Shown: in pieces, positions 9,701 to 17,879 of the stretch
Layout of the letters: each line of letters opens with the position of its first letter
Position numbering within the stretch: position 1 is the stretch's first letter
NCBI GenBank assembly: GCA_965242525.1
Contig: OZ251459.1
Location: 2,537,037-2,601,036 of the forward strand
Reading direction: 5' to 3'
From: an uncultured Candidatus Binatia bacterium
Lineage (GTDB): Bacteria; Desulfobacterota; Binatia; UBA9968; JAJDTQ01
DNA length: 64,000 nt
The notes under the pieces: generated by a model
The model's input: only the letters and a program-made list of their open reading frames with translations
What the model was told of the DNA's origin: nothing
The model's database searches: none
Translations under genes and position numbers: made by a program

Positions 9701-9974
9701 CCCATGCCTGCTTGCGGGCGGCCTCCAGTTCCTCTTCCAGCTCGGCCCGTTCTTCGGCGCTGGTGAGCCGCAGCGTGTCCTTGACCTGCGGCAGCAGGTC
9801 CCGGTCCAGGAACGACACGACCTCCGCGGCCTTGAGGTTCATGATCCGGTACAGGCCGAAGTCCAGGTCGCCGCGGTCGAGTTGGAACATCTCGTGCAAC
9901 AGGGTCTTCAGCCGGTCGAGCTTTTCCCCGGAGCCGGGGGCCGGCGCGGTTCGGGAAGGCGTCGAATCGCTCAT
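6789..9974 (-). CDS. mod: Type III R-M Mod subunit, beta-class N6-adenine/N4-cytosine DNA methyltransferase with long N-terminal extension
   Basis: Motif IV (VYIDPPYNT) precedes motif I (DFFAGSGATGHAV), the beta-class order. 1061 aa. Co-directional with res. Confidence 0.85.
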   Translation of the reverse strand: MSDSTPSRTAPAPGSGEKLDRLKTLLHEMFQLDRGDLDFGLYRIMNLKAAEVVSFLDRDLLPQVKDTLRLTSAEERAELEEELEAARKQAWELGLSPNAEPPPKIAKLNRRLAEMKKDADAEADVYNHLANFFARYYTEGDFVSQRRYSSGGRSAYLVPYDGEEVKLHWANADQYYVKTTENYASYAFTVGAGDAARRVRFEIAAADNEKDNVKEANGRQRRFVLARGKGAAAVEDGELAVRFEHRPLTEGEKKRWPGNGVSQQGCINEATVERILNAVDPDWQAALTAPAPTNANGERTLLAKHLDRYTAKNSFDYFIHKDLSGFLRQELDLYLNTEVLNLDDLEQGDAPRLDRALARVRAMRHVGGKIIDFLAQLEDFQKRLWLKKKLVLETNWCVTLDRVPEALHPEVAANAAQCEEWVELFAVDEIAGDLTNGNAAWSVPPSVDFLKANPFLVLDTRHFDRDFTDRLLAALSDAGPLDEQTDGLLVHGENFQALNLLQARYGGQVQCVYIDPPYNTASSSILYKNDLKDSSWLSLMENRLPLAKALLVQDGILCCAIDDEEVWRLRALLQDVFDKEIGVAPVRSTPIGRTSVGKLSPTHEYALFYGSEKAVPGPLLKTEKEKQRYPLSDESGRYAWRNLLRTGTNDRRADRPKLYYPIYVSDDDTLRIPKMEWDEQSSEYRILEQPRKDETVVWPVKEQDGTKIEKNWERGWERVSQEAGEYRVQRNGNGPGTEGISIHFMQRMDVESTPKTWWGDAKYASSNHGARVLKELFGDNPFDFPKSVALVEDCIRASGGDEAGARVLDFFAGSGATGHAVVNLNREDGGQQRYTLVEIGRHFDTIILPRMKKVVYSPDWKNGKPVSRNGVSQLFEYVRLESYEDTMDSLVVAPLSDGQKDLLAKNPEMAEDYRLRYALGVETSGSPALLGNELRDPFAYTVSVVRDGVRCEVPVDLPETFNYLIGLRVESRRRIDDILTITGMEAEGRRCLILWRNIHETDYAALDAWFDRNRDRFVSSLDLIYVNGDHTLNAMQHPGETWVAETLDPVFRELMFEEIES

Positions 9975-10087
9975 GGGGTGTCCGTTCCGTTGGTGGATTC
10001 CAGGCCCCGGGTCGGGCCTTCGATCATGGGTCGTAGTCTATAACCGTTGTCGAGGTCCTTCAAGAACCCGTCGCCGGGCCCGTGTCT

Positions 10088-10116
10088 TTGACAACCAACC
10101 GCCGGTGCCACATACT
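10088..10116 (+). promoter_or_regulatory. sigma70-like promoter candidate for the tctC-like gene
   Basis: TTGACA (10088-10093), a 17-nt spacer, then CATACT (10111-10116). A GAGGAGG Shine-Dalgarno lies just before ATG 10147. Confidence 0.35.
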
Positions 10117-10146
10117 GCGGTCCGACTACGAGACCGAGGAGGGACC

Positions 10147-11214
10147 ATGCTGCGAATCACCCTGTCTGCACTGCTGCTCGCCGCGTCCTTGGACGCGGGG
10201 TTGCCGGCCCTTGCCCGGGGCGAGGGCAAGGCCGTCGAGCCCGATTTCGAGGGCAAGACCATCACCATGATCCTGGGCACCCGGCCCGGCGGTCGGCGGG
10301 ACCGCATCGCCCGCACCATCGCGAGGCACCTGGCCGCGAACCTACCGGGCCAACCGACGATCCTGGTGCAGAACATACCGGGCGGCAAGGGGATACCCGC
10401 CCAGCTCAAGTTCTCCCGGTCCAGGCCGGACGGCAGCGTGGCGGGTCTCGTGGTCTCGTCGGACATGGAAGCCCCCTATTTCGGCGCTCCCGGGGCCACC
10501 TACAAGCCCCGTGAATACAGGTGGGTCGGCTCGGTGAGGACCGGCAAGCAGCGCAACGTGCTGTTCACCACCCGGAAGTCCGGCTTCGGCAGCATCGACG
10601 ACCTGCGCGGCCGCGAGGTCGCGCTGGGCGCCCAGAGCGTGGGCCATCGGAGCTACCTCTACGGGCGGCTCATTGCGGAAGTCCTGGGCCTGAAGGTCCG
10701 GTGGGTCCTGGGATACTCCACCCCGGAGATGTACCTGGCCATGGAAAAGGGCGAGATCGACGGCCGCGTGAACGATGCGGCGTCGTTCAAGCGGGACCGG
10801 CCGGACTGGGTCGAGAAGCGGCAGGTGGTGGCCCACGTGGCCATGACGCTGCCCGGGAACCTTCCGCCCATACCGGGACCGCTGTTCGCCGACACCCCGG
10901 CGTTGATCACGTTCACGGACGAGGAGATCCACCGCAACCTCATCCGGAAGATGAACGCCACCAGCCGGCTCGGCGGCAGCGTGGCGCTGCCCCCGGGGAC
11001 GCCGGAGCCCGTCCGCGCGGCCTACGAGAAGGCGCTGGTCACGGCCGGCAGGGACCCGAAGTTCCAGAAGGACTGGGAGAAGTTCGTGGGCATCCGGCCC
11101 TATGCGGGCGTGTCCGACAGCGCCGAGTTGTGGGAAGCGGTCCAGATCTACACGGACTGGAAGCCCGAGATCATGAACGAGTTCAAGCGCCTGGGCCACA
11201 CGCCGCCGAAGTAG
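10147..11214 (+). CDS. tctC: Tripartite tricarboxylate transporter substrate-binding protein (TctC/Bug-like)
   Basis: Signal peptide MLRITLSALLLAASLDAGLPALARG, then ...LGTRPGGRRDRIAR...NIPGGKG... typical of the Bug/TctC family. It lies next to tctA. The track ORF start at 9655 is an upstream artefact. Confidence 0.8.
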   Translation: MLRITLSALLLAASLDAGLPALARGEGKAVEPDFEGKTITMILGTRPGGRRDRIARTIARHLAANLPGQPTILVQNIPGGKGIPAQLKFSRSRPDGSVAGLVVSSDMEAPYFGAPGATYKPREYRWVGSVRTGKQRNVLFTTRKSGFGSIDDLRGREVALGAQSVGHRSYLYGRLIAEVLGLKVRWVLGYSTPEMYLAMEKGEIDGRVNDAASFKRDRPDWVEKRQVVAHVAMTLPGNLPPIPGPLFADTPALITFTDEEIHRNLIRKMNATSRLGGSVALPPGTPEPVRAAYEKALVTAGRDPKFQKDWEKFVGIRPYAGVSDSAELWEAVQIYTDWKPEIMNEFKRLGHTPPK

Positions 11215-11320
11215 GCCGCGGAGTCCGCAGGCCGCGGCGCCCGGCGCGCGGGGCATGGGGCCCCGGGACGCCCACGCCGCCGCCCGGCCCGGGCGAAGCC
11301 ATGATCGTGCACCCGTTTCC

Positions 11321-13312
11321 ATGATCGAAGCCGCCCTCCAGGGTCTGCAAAACCTCCTTTCGCTGAACGTCCTGGCGGGGATGCTCGCCGGGGTCGGGGT
11401 GGGCACCTTCACGGCCGTCACGCCCCAGGGCCTGGGCACCCCGCTCATGTACGCGCTGTTCCTGTCGGTGGTGACCCAGTGGGACCCGCTGGTGGCCATC
11501 GCCTTCCTGGTCGGCATGGACGCGGTGAGCAGCACGTGCAGCGCCTACCTGCCGGTGCTCTTCGGCATCCCCGGCGGCGCCGGCTCCCAGGCCACCGTGC
11601 TGGACGGCTATCCCATGGGCCGGAACGGCCAAGCCCGGCGCGCCCTGGGGGCGGCCTTCACCGCGGGCGTCCTCGGAAGCCTGGTGGGCACCTTGACCCT
11701 GGCGGCCGCCATCCCGGCGGCCCAGGCCATCATCCTGTTCCTGGGCTCTCCCGAGCTCTTCGTGGTGTCCCTCTGGGGCCTCAGCATGGTCTCCGTGCTG
11801 GCCGGGCCGCGTCCGGTGAAGGGGTTGATGGCCGGGGCCGCGGGACTGGTGGTCTCCGTGGTCGGGGTCCAGCCCCAGTCCGGGGTCATGCGCTTCGTGT
11901 TCGACCAGCCCTACCTGCTGGAGGGAGTGCCCTTGGCGGTGGCCGCGCTGGCGCTCTTCGGCGTACCCTCCGCCCTCGACTTGGCGCTCGCGAAGGTGGG
12001 GGTCGAGCGCGCGCCCGCGCCCCTGGCGGGGCGGCTCCTGGACGGCGTCCGGGACGCCTTCCGCAACCTGTGGCTGGTGGTCCGGTGCAGCTTCCTGGGC
12101 GTCTGGGTGGGCATCGTCCCGGGCCTTGGCGCCCAGGTGGTGGACTGGCTCAGCTACGGCCATGCCGCCCAGACCTGCAAGGGCGCCAAGGAGACCTTCG
12201 GCAAGGGCGACGTGCGCGGGGTCATCGCGCCCGAGGCCTCCAACGACGCCAAGGACGGCGGCACCCTGATCCCCATGCTCACGCTGGGCGTGCCGGGGAG
12301 CCTGGTTTCGGCGCTCTTCCTGTTCGCCCTGACGGCCATGGGGTACGCCCCGGGTCCCTTCATGCTGGAGCGCAACGCGGACGTGGTCTATAGCATCGTG
12401 TGGGTGCTGGGCATCGCCAGCGTCATCGGCGGAATCCTGGGTCTCGTCTTCTCGAACCAACTGGCCAGGCTCGCGGAGCTGCGCTACTCCATCATCGTGC
12501 CGTCGATACTGGGTTTCGTGCTGATCGGGGCGCTGAACGCCAACCAGAGCCCGCTGGACCTGGTGATGGTGGTGTCGTTCGGCCTCGTCGGTTACTTCCT
12601 GAAGCTCTTCGGCTATCCCAGGCCGCCCCTGATCCTGGGCATGATCCTCGGCATCATCATGGAGAAGTACCTCTACATCTCCACCGCGCGCTACGGTTTC
12701 GACTGGTTGGCGCGCCCGTCGGTGCTGGCGCTCCTGGCTCTCGTGGCGGCGACCCTGGGCTACACCCTGTGGAGCCGGAGGGACAGGGGAGCCGCGTCCG
12801 GCCGAGGACGGGAGGCGGCGAGCCCCGGCCCGGGCTTCCGCGTCAACGGGGAAGCCCTGCTGGTCATGGGCTTCCTGGCGTTCTTCGTGCTGGTCATGCG
12901 GACCGGCGCCGAATGGCCCCTCGTGGCCAAGCTCATGCCGGTCTATATCGCCGCGGTTCCCGGGGCCGCGCTGGCCCTGTGGCAACTCTTCCGCGTGGCC
13001 ACCGGCCGGGAGCGGGCCGCGTCCCGCGGCGTCGAGATGGACGAAGGTTTCCGGCAGGAACTCGATACGCGGGTGGCGCGCCGGCGCACCGCGGTCTTCT
13101 TCGCCTGGTTCACGGGCGCCGCCCTCGCCGTGTGGCTCCTGGGGATCACCTTGGCCGTCCCCCTCTTCGTCTTCCTCTATTGCCTCGTCGAAGGACGGGA
13201 AAAGCTCCGGGTCGCCCTGCTCATGGCCGCGGTCGCCTTCCTCCTGCTCTGGGGGTTGTTCGAGGGCGTGTTCCAGGTGCTGTGGGCCGACGGCGTGCTG
13301 TTCGGCGGCTGA
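11321..13312 (+). CDS. tctA: TctA-family large permease with C-terminal TctB-like extension (fusion)
   Basis: Polytopic membrane protein with conserved TctA blocks (GIPGGAGSQATVLDGYPM, GDVRGVIAPEASNDAKDGG). About 150 extra C-terminal residues contain four hydrophobic helices resembling the separate TctB-like ORF at 19364. Confidence 0.85.
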   Translation: MIEAALQGLQNLLSLNVLAGMLAGVGVGTFTAVTPQGLGTPLMYALFLSVVTQWDPLVAIAFLVGMDAVSSTCSAYLPVLFGIPGGAGSQATVLDGYPMGRNGQARRALGAAFTAGVLGSLVGTLTLAAAIPAAQAIILFLGSPELFVVSLWGLSMVSVLAGPRPVKGLMAGAAGLVVSVVGVQPQSGVMRFVFDQPYLLEGVPLAVAALALFGVPSALDLALAKVGVERAPAPLAGRLLDGVRDAFRNLWLVVRCSFLGVWVGIVPGLGAQVVDWLSYGHAAQTCKGAKETFGKGDVRGVIAPEASNDAKDGGTLIPMLTLGVPGSLVSALFLFALTAMGYAPGPFMLERNADVVYSIVWVLGIASVIGGILGLVFSNQLARLAELRYSIIVPSILGFVLIGALNANQSPLDLVMVVSFGLVGYFLKLFGYPRPPLILGMILGIIMEKYLYISTARYGFDWLARPSVLALLALVAATLGYTLWSRRDRGAASGRGREAASPGPGFRVNGEALLVMGFLAFFVLVMRTGAEWPLVAKLMPVYIAAVPGAALALWQLFRVATGRERAASRGVEMDEGFRQELDTRVARRRTAVFFAWFTGAALAVWLLGITLAVPLFVFLYCLVEGREKLRVALLMAAVAFLLLWGLFEGVFQVLWADGVLFGG

Positions 13313-13359
13313 GGCGCGGCCCGGTTCCTGTTGCGGCAGATATGCAGTAAGCTGAGGAT

Positions 13360-14568
13360 ATGCCGCCAAAGTGGATCGACAGGACGTTCCAGCCGGTGTT
13401 GACCGGTCCCGCGGAGCATCTGCGGCTCTTTCCTGTGTGGCTGTTGCTGGGACCGCGGCAGGTGGGCAAGAGTTCCCTGCTCGACAGGTGCGCGGACGGC
13501 CACGCTTACGTCAGCCTCGACGACCTCGACACCCGGGAACGCGCCAACCGGGACCCGGTGCTGTTCGTGCGGGAGCTCCGGCCGCCGTTCGTCATCGACG
13601 AGATCCAGTATGCGCCCCGGCTGTTGAGCCCCATCAAGCGCCTGGTGGACGCGGGCGGCCTCGCGCCCGGGGCGGTCCGGCTCACCGGGTCCCAGAACTT
13701 CCGGATGATGGCGGGGGTCACCGAGACCCTGGCCGGTCGGGTGGCGGTGCTCAACCTGCTGGGGCTTTCGGACGAGGAAAAAGGGCTCCCCCCGCTCCTT
13801 CCCCCCGACGAGTACTTCCGACGGTTGATCGAGACCGGGTTCCCCCGGCTCCGCGGGGTCGAGGACCGGGCCGCCCGGGACCTCTACCTTTCGTCCTACG
13901 TGCAGACCTACATCGAACGCGACATCCGCGAGCTGCTGCGCATCGAGAAGCGCCGGGAGTTCGAGACCTTCGTCAAGCTGTGCGCGCTGCGCACCGGACA
14001 GGTGGTCAACTACCAGGACCTCGCGCGCGACGCCAACGTCTCCCCCGCCACCGTCAAGGAGTGGCTCAGCCTGCTGGAGGACGGTTTCCTCGTCAAGCTG
14101 CTGTCTCCGTGTTTCTCCAACCGGACCAGGAGGATGACCAAGAGTCCCAAGTTGTACTTCCTGGACGCGGGGCTGGCGGCGTGGCTCGGCGGCTGGCGGA
14201 GCGCGTCCGAGGCGCGCCTGGGGCCCATGGGCGGCGCCCTGTTCGAGACCCACGTCCTCGCCGAGATCCTCAAGCGGTTCCGCCATCGGGCGCGGGAAGT
14301 GCAGGTCCACTTCTGGCGCACCCGGGACGGCCGGGAGATCGACTTCCTCGTGGAGACCGACGGCAGGACCTATCCCGTGGAGGTCAAGCTCGGTTCGCCC
14401 CGGTACGACCGCCTGGCGCCGTTGGAGAAGGTCGCCGGCCCGGGCTGGCGGGAAGGACAGGTGGTGTCGCTGGCGGCTTCGGAAAGCCCGGTTCGGCTGC
14501 GGGACGACTGGACCCTGTGTGCGCCCGGCTCGCTGGACGTGGGCATGGCCGGGACCGGCCGCGGATGA
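13360..14568 (+). CDS. AAA-family ATPase with DUF4143-type C-terminal region
   Basis: Walker A LLGPRQVGKSSL, Walker B-like FVIDEIQ. The length and layout are typical of the AAA_14/DUF4143 family. GAGGA Shine-Dalgarno before the ATG. Confidence 0.8.
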   Translation: MPPKWIDRTFQPVLTGPAEHLRLFPVWLLLGPRQVGKSSLLDRCADGHAYVSLDDLDTRERANRDPVLFVRELRPPFVIDEIQYAPRLLSPIKRLVDAGGLAPGAVRLTGSQNFRMMAGVTETLAGRVAVLNLLGLSDEEKGLPPLLPPDEYFRRLIETGFPRLRGVEDRAARDLYLSSYVQTYIERDIRELLRIEKRREFETFVKLCALRTGQVVNYQDLARDANVSPATVKEWLSLLEDGFLVKLLSPCFSNRTRRMTKSPKLYFLDAGLAAWLGGWRSASEARLGPMGGALFETHVLAEILKRFRHRAREVQVHFWRTRDGREIDFLVETDGRTYPVEVKLGSPRYDRLAPLEKVAGPGWREGQVVSLAASESPVRLRDDWTLCAPGSLDVGMAGTGRG

Positions 14569-14608
14569 GACCCGCGGGTTGCACGACACCGGACGGAGGA
14601 CGCGCCTC

Positions 14609-16297
14609 ATGGGCCAGGGCTTCCTGAGCAAGGACCGCATCGTGGCGCCGCCGGGGTTCAACCGGTGGCGGATACCTCCCGCGTCGGTCGCCATGCACCT
14701 GTGCATCGGCTCCATCTACTCCTGGAGCATCTTCAACCCGGTGCTGACCAGGGAGTTGGGCGTGGTGGCCAGCGCCGCGGCGGACTGGAGCATCGGCTCG
14801 GTGGTGTGGATCTTCTCGGTGGCCATCGTGTTCGTGGGTCTTGCCGCGGCCGTGGCCGGCGGATGGATCGACCGGGTGGGGCCCCGCGCCGCGGGCGTTG
14901 CCGCGGCGTGCCTCTGGGGCAGCGGCTTCATGGTCGGCAGCGCGGGCATCCACTGGCACCAGTTGTGGCTGGTCTATGCGGGTTACGGCGTGTTGGGCGG
15001 ATGCGGCCTGGGTCTGGCCTACCTCGCGCCGGTGCCGATCCTGATCCGCTGGTTTCCCGACCGGCGCGGGATGGCCACGGGCATGGCCATCATGGGGTTC
15101 GGCGGCGGCGCCATGATCGCCGCGCCGCTGAAGGAGTTCCTGCTGCAAACGTTCCGGGAGGCGCCCCGCTACCTGGGTCCCGCGGACGCGACGCCGCTGG
15201 TGACCGAAGGCGGGCGGCGGTTCGCCGAGGTGGCCGGCCAGCGGGTGGAGGTGGTGACCGCGGGCCCCGCGGCCGCGGAAGGCGTCTATGTGGTGGGCAG
15301 CGGCGGCACGGGCGCCGCGGAGACCTTCCTGGTCATGGGGGTCGTTTACATGGCGGTGATGCTGGCCGCGGCTTTCGCCTACCGGGTCCCGGCCAGGGAC
15401 TGGAGGCCCGCGGGGTGGGACCCCGAGGGCGCGGGCGCGCCGAAACGCATGGTCACCACCGAGAACGTGCACGTGAGCCAGGCGCACCGGACGCCGCAGT
15501 TCTACCTGCTCTGGGTGATGCTCTGCTTCAACGTCACCGCGGGCATCGGCGTCATCGGCGTCGCCAAGACCATGATGACCGACATCTTCGGCTCCACCCT
15601 GCCCGCGGTGGCGACCCCGGCCTTCGCCTCGACCTACGTGCTGATGATCAGCGTGTTCAACATGGGCGGCCGGTTCCTCTGGGCGTCGGTGTCCGACTAC
15701 ATCGGCAGGAGGGCCACCTGTTCGCTGTTCTTCGTGGCCGGGGCGCTGCTGTACCTGTCCATCCCCTTGGCGGCCAACGGCGTGGCCGCGGACCCCGGGG
15801 TCGCGTGGCTGGTGCTGTTCTACGCCGCCACCATGCTGGCCTTCACCTTCTACGGCGGCGGCTTCGCCACCATCCCGGCCTACGTGGCGGACGTGTTCGG
15901 CGCCATGCACGTGGGCGGCATCCACGGACGCATCCTCACGGCCTGGAGCGTCGCCGGGGTGCTGGGGCCGTTCCTCATCACCCGCATCCGCGACCTGTCC
16001 ATCCGGGGGTCCATCCGCGACTTGGCCGCCAAGGTCGATCCCGCGGACTTCGAGGCCCGCTTCGGCGCGCCCCTCGCCAGCCTGGAGGAGTTGGCGGCCG
16101 CCAGGACCGTGACCATCGGCAACCTGATGGAGCTCGCCCCGCCCGGAACCCCGGACCCCACGCCGGGCCTCTACAACCCCACCATGTTCGCCATGGCGGC
16201 GTTCCTGGCGGTCGCCTTCGTCGCCAACGGGATGATGCGTCCGGTGGACGCCAAGCGCCACGTCCGCAACACCCACCCGGACTTGGCCGATACGTAA
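14609..16297 (+). CDS. MFS transporter, oxalate/formate antiporter (OFA)-like
   Basis: N-terminus ...RWRIPPASVAMHLCIGSIYSWSIFN... is typical of the OFA family. About 12 hydrophobic segments. GGAGGA Shine-Dalgarno before ATG 14609. Confidence 0.8.
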   Translation: MGQGFLSKDRIVAPPGFNRWRIPPASVAMHLCIGSIYSWSIFNPVLTRELGVVASAAADWSIGSVVWIFSVAIVFVGLAAAVAGGWIDRVGPRAAGVAAACLWGSGFMVGSAGIHWHQLWLVYAGYGVLGGCGLGLAYLAPVPILIRWFPDRRGMATGMAIMGFGGGAMIAAPLKEFLLQTFREAPRYLGPADATPLVTEGGRRFAEVAGQRVEVVTAGPAAAEGVYVVGSGGTGAAETFLVMGVVYMAVMLAAAFAYRVPARDWRPAGWDPEGAGAPKRMVTTENVHVSQAHRTPQFYLLWVMLCFNVTAGIGVIGVAKTMMTDIFGSTLPAVATPAFASTYVLMISVFNMGGRFLWASVSDYIGRRATCSLFFVAGALLYLSIPLAANGVAADPGVAWLVLFYAATMLAFTFYGGGFATIPAYVADVFGAMHVGGIHGRILTAWSVAGVLGPFLITRIRDLSIRGSIRDLAAKVDPADFEARFGAPLASLEELAAARTVTIGNLMELAPPGTPDPTPGLYNPTMFAMAAFLAVAFVANGMMRPVDAKRHVRNTHPDLADT

Positions 16298-16304
16298 CCC
16301 GGGG

Positions 16305-16414
16305 GGCTCTTCCGGCTTTCGAGTGGGCAAGGCAGGCGGGAAAGGGGAGCGACAGGGTTCAGGCCGTCATCTCCGCAGACGCCCACCTCGTCATTCCCGC
16401 GAAAGCGGGAATCC
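16305..16414 (+). repeat. Composite ~110-bp intergenic repeat ending in a 27-bp palindromic REP unit (GTCATTCCCGCGAAAGCGGGAATCC)
   Basis: Near-duplicate of 23917-24053 (ggctcttc.ggctttcg.gtggg.aaggcagg.gggaaagg...). The REP unit is at 16388-16414. Confidence 0.75.
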
Positions 16415-16590
16415 AGTCACATAACCCGCACGCATTCTTGAAGCGCCTCCAAGGGAGGGCCGCCCTCGACAGCGCCTTCCCCAGCATCTCGAAATCCACC
16501 TTGACACCGGACGGGCTTGTTCGATATAGCACCGGGTTCTTATCGTAACACTCGAATGGTTGAGGAGACTCGGAACGGTCCCGGAGGAAG

Positions 16591-16725
16591 GGCGCGTCCT
16601 TCGACTTCGCTTCGCTACGCTCAGGACGAACGGAGGTCCCCGCTTCGCTACCATCGGGACGAACGGGGACGGGAAGGCGCGTGAGGGAATAACCCTCATC
16701 CACGGCTCGATCGTTCAGGGTTTCC
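16591..16725 (-). repeat. MITE-like element, inverted and partly degenerate copy of the family at 56818
   Basis: Contains the reverse complement of the gtcctgagcgtagcgaagcg...tcgaaggacgcgc core plus a TIR-like ggctcgatcgttcagggtttcc end (16704-16725). Confidence 0.55.
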
Positions 16726-16739
16726 TCGAGGAGGTTTCC

Positions 16740-17759
16740 ATGAAGCCAGCAGTTGCGGGAATGGTTGCTCTGTGCGCCGCCGCGGCCGGGTCGCCGGCCG
16801 CCCACGCGGTGGATTTCTCCGGCAAGACGTTCGTGGTGATGGTGGCGTCGAACCCGGGCGGCGGCACCGACACCACGGCCCGCCTGGTCGCGCGCTACTG
16901 GAGCCGCTACCTGCCCGGAAAACCCGAGGTGGTCATCCGCAACAAGCCGCTCCAGACCGCGGCCGCCAACTTCTTCCAGCGCAAGACCCGCCCCGACGGC
17001 CTCACCACCGCGGTGTTCGCGGGCGGGGGCAGCCTCTCGCCGGTGGCGCGCAAGGCGTCGTCGGTCCGTTACGACCCCCTGAGTTGGGAGTACGTCGGCT
17101 CCATCGAGCGCGGGCCGTCCGTGCAGTTCATTCGCAAGAGCGCCTTGGCGAGGCTCGGGGACCCCGGCGCCCCGCCCGTGGCGGTGGGCTCGGCCGGGCC
17201 GGGCTACCGCCCCTCCGACGCCATGGCGGTCTATGGCGCGGAATACGGCGGCTGGAACATCAAGGTCGTGCACGGCTACCCGAGCTCCCGGGACGTGTAC
17301 CTTGCCTATGAGCGGGGCGAGGTGGACATGTTCGGCTCCGGCACTTCCAGGATCATCCGGCGCTTTCTCGAGGGCGATGCGGTGGCCTTGGCGGTCCACG
17401 AGAAGCGGGCGGACTTCCCCAAGGTGCCCACCCTGGAGGAGCTCCTTGGCGACAAGCTGCCCCAGGGCATGGCCCGCAAGGCCTACCGCATCTGGTCGGG
17501 TCCCAGCTCGGTGGACAAGTACTTCGTGCTCCCGGCCAGGACCCCCGCAGCCGTGGTCAACGCCTTGAGGTCCTCGTTCGCCAAGGTGCTGGCCGACCCC
17601 GGCTTCCAGAAGGACGCCAGGAAGATCCTCGGCAAGGGCTACCGCCCGCTCACCGGGCCCGAGACGCAGCAGTTGGTCAGGGACTCGCTGGTGGTCCCCG
17701 ACGAGGTCCTGGGCTTCAACCGCAAGCTGCGCGAGAAACACGGCCTGCCGGTCCAGTAA
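16740..17759 (+). CDS. tctC: TctC/Bug-family substrate-binding protein
   Basis: Signal peptide MKPAVAGMVALCAAAAGSPAAHA, then ...SNPGGGTDTTARLVARY.... GAGGAGG Shine-Dalgarno. Upstream of a tctA/tctB pair. Confidence 0.8.
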   Translation: MKPAVAGMVALCAAAAGSPAAHAVDFSGKTFVVMVASNPGGGTDTTARLVARYWSRYLPGKPEVVIRNKPLQTAAANFFQRKTRPDGLTTAVFAGGGSLSPVARKASSVRYDPLSWEYVGSIERGPSVQFIRKSALARLGDPGAPPVAVGSAGPGYRPSDAMAVYGAEYGGWNIKVVHGYPSSRDVYLAYERGEVDMFGSGTSRIIRRFLEGDAVALAVHEKRADFPKVPTLEELLGDKLPQGMARKAYRIWSGPSSVDKYFVLPARTPAAVVNALRSSFAKVLADPGFQKDARKILGKGYRPLTGPETQQLVRDSLVVPDEVLGFNRKLREKHGLPVQ

Positions 17760-17879
17760 TAGCCGCCCGGGCGGTTCGAGGCCCGCGGGGCGGGCGGTCC
17801 CCGACCCCCGGTCCCCGGAGCCTGGTCCTCCGGGGAGGCCGGGAAACCGAGGCGGCGCTTCCGCCTGCCGCGTGAAACC

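Noticed and set aside
9655-10146. N-terminal extensions offered by the track for several genes (9655 for tctC, 11255 for tctA, 14519 for the MFS gene, 16560 for tctC, 34159 for the VOC gene, 26357 for glcG-like, 52823 for yhcG, 50259 for protease 2).
   Set aside because: Downstream ATG codons with Shine-Dalgarno sequences give proper signal peptides or family N-termini. The extensions are low-complexity and run through repeats or neighbouring genes.
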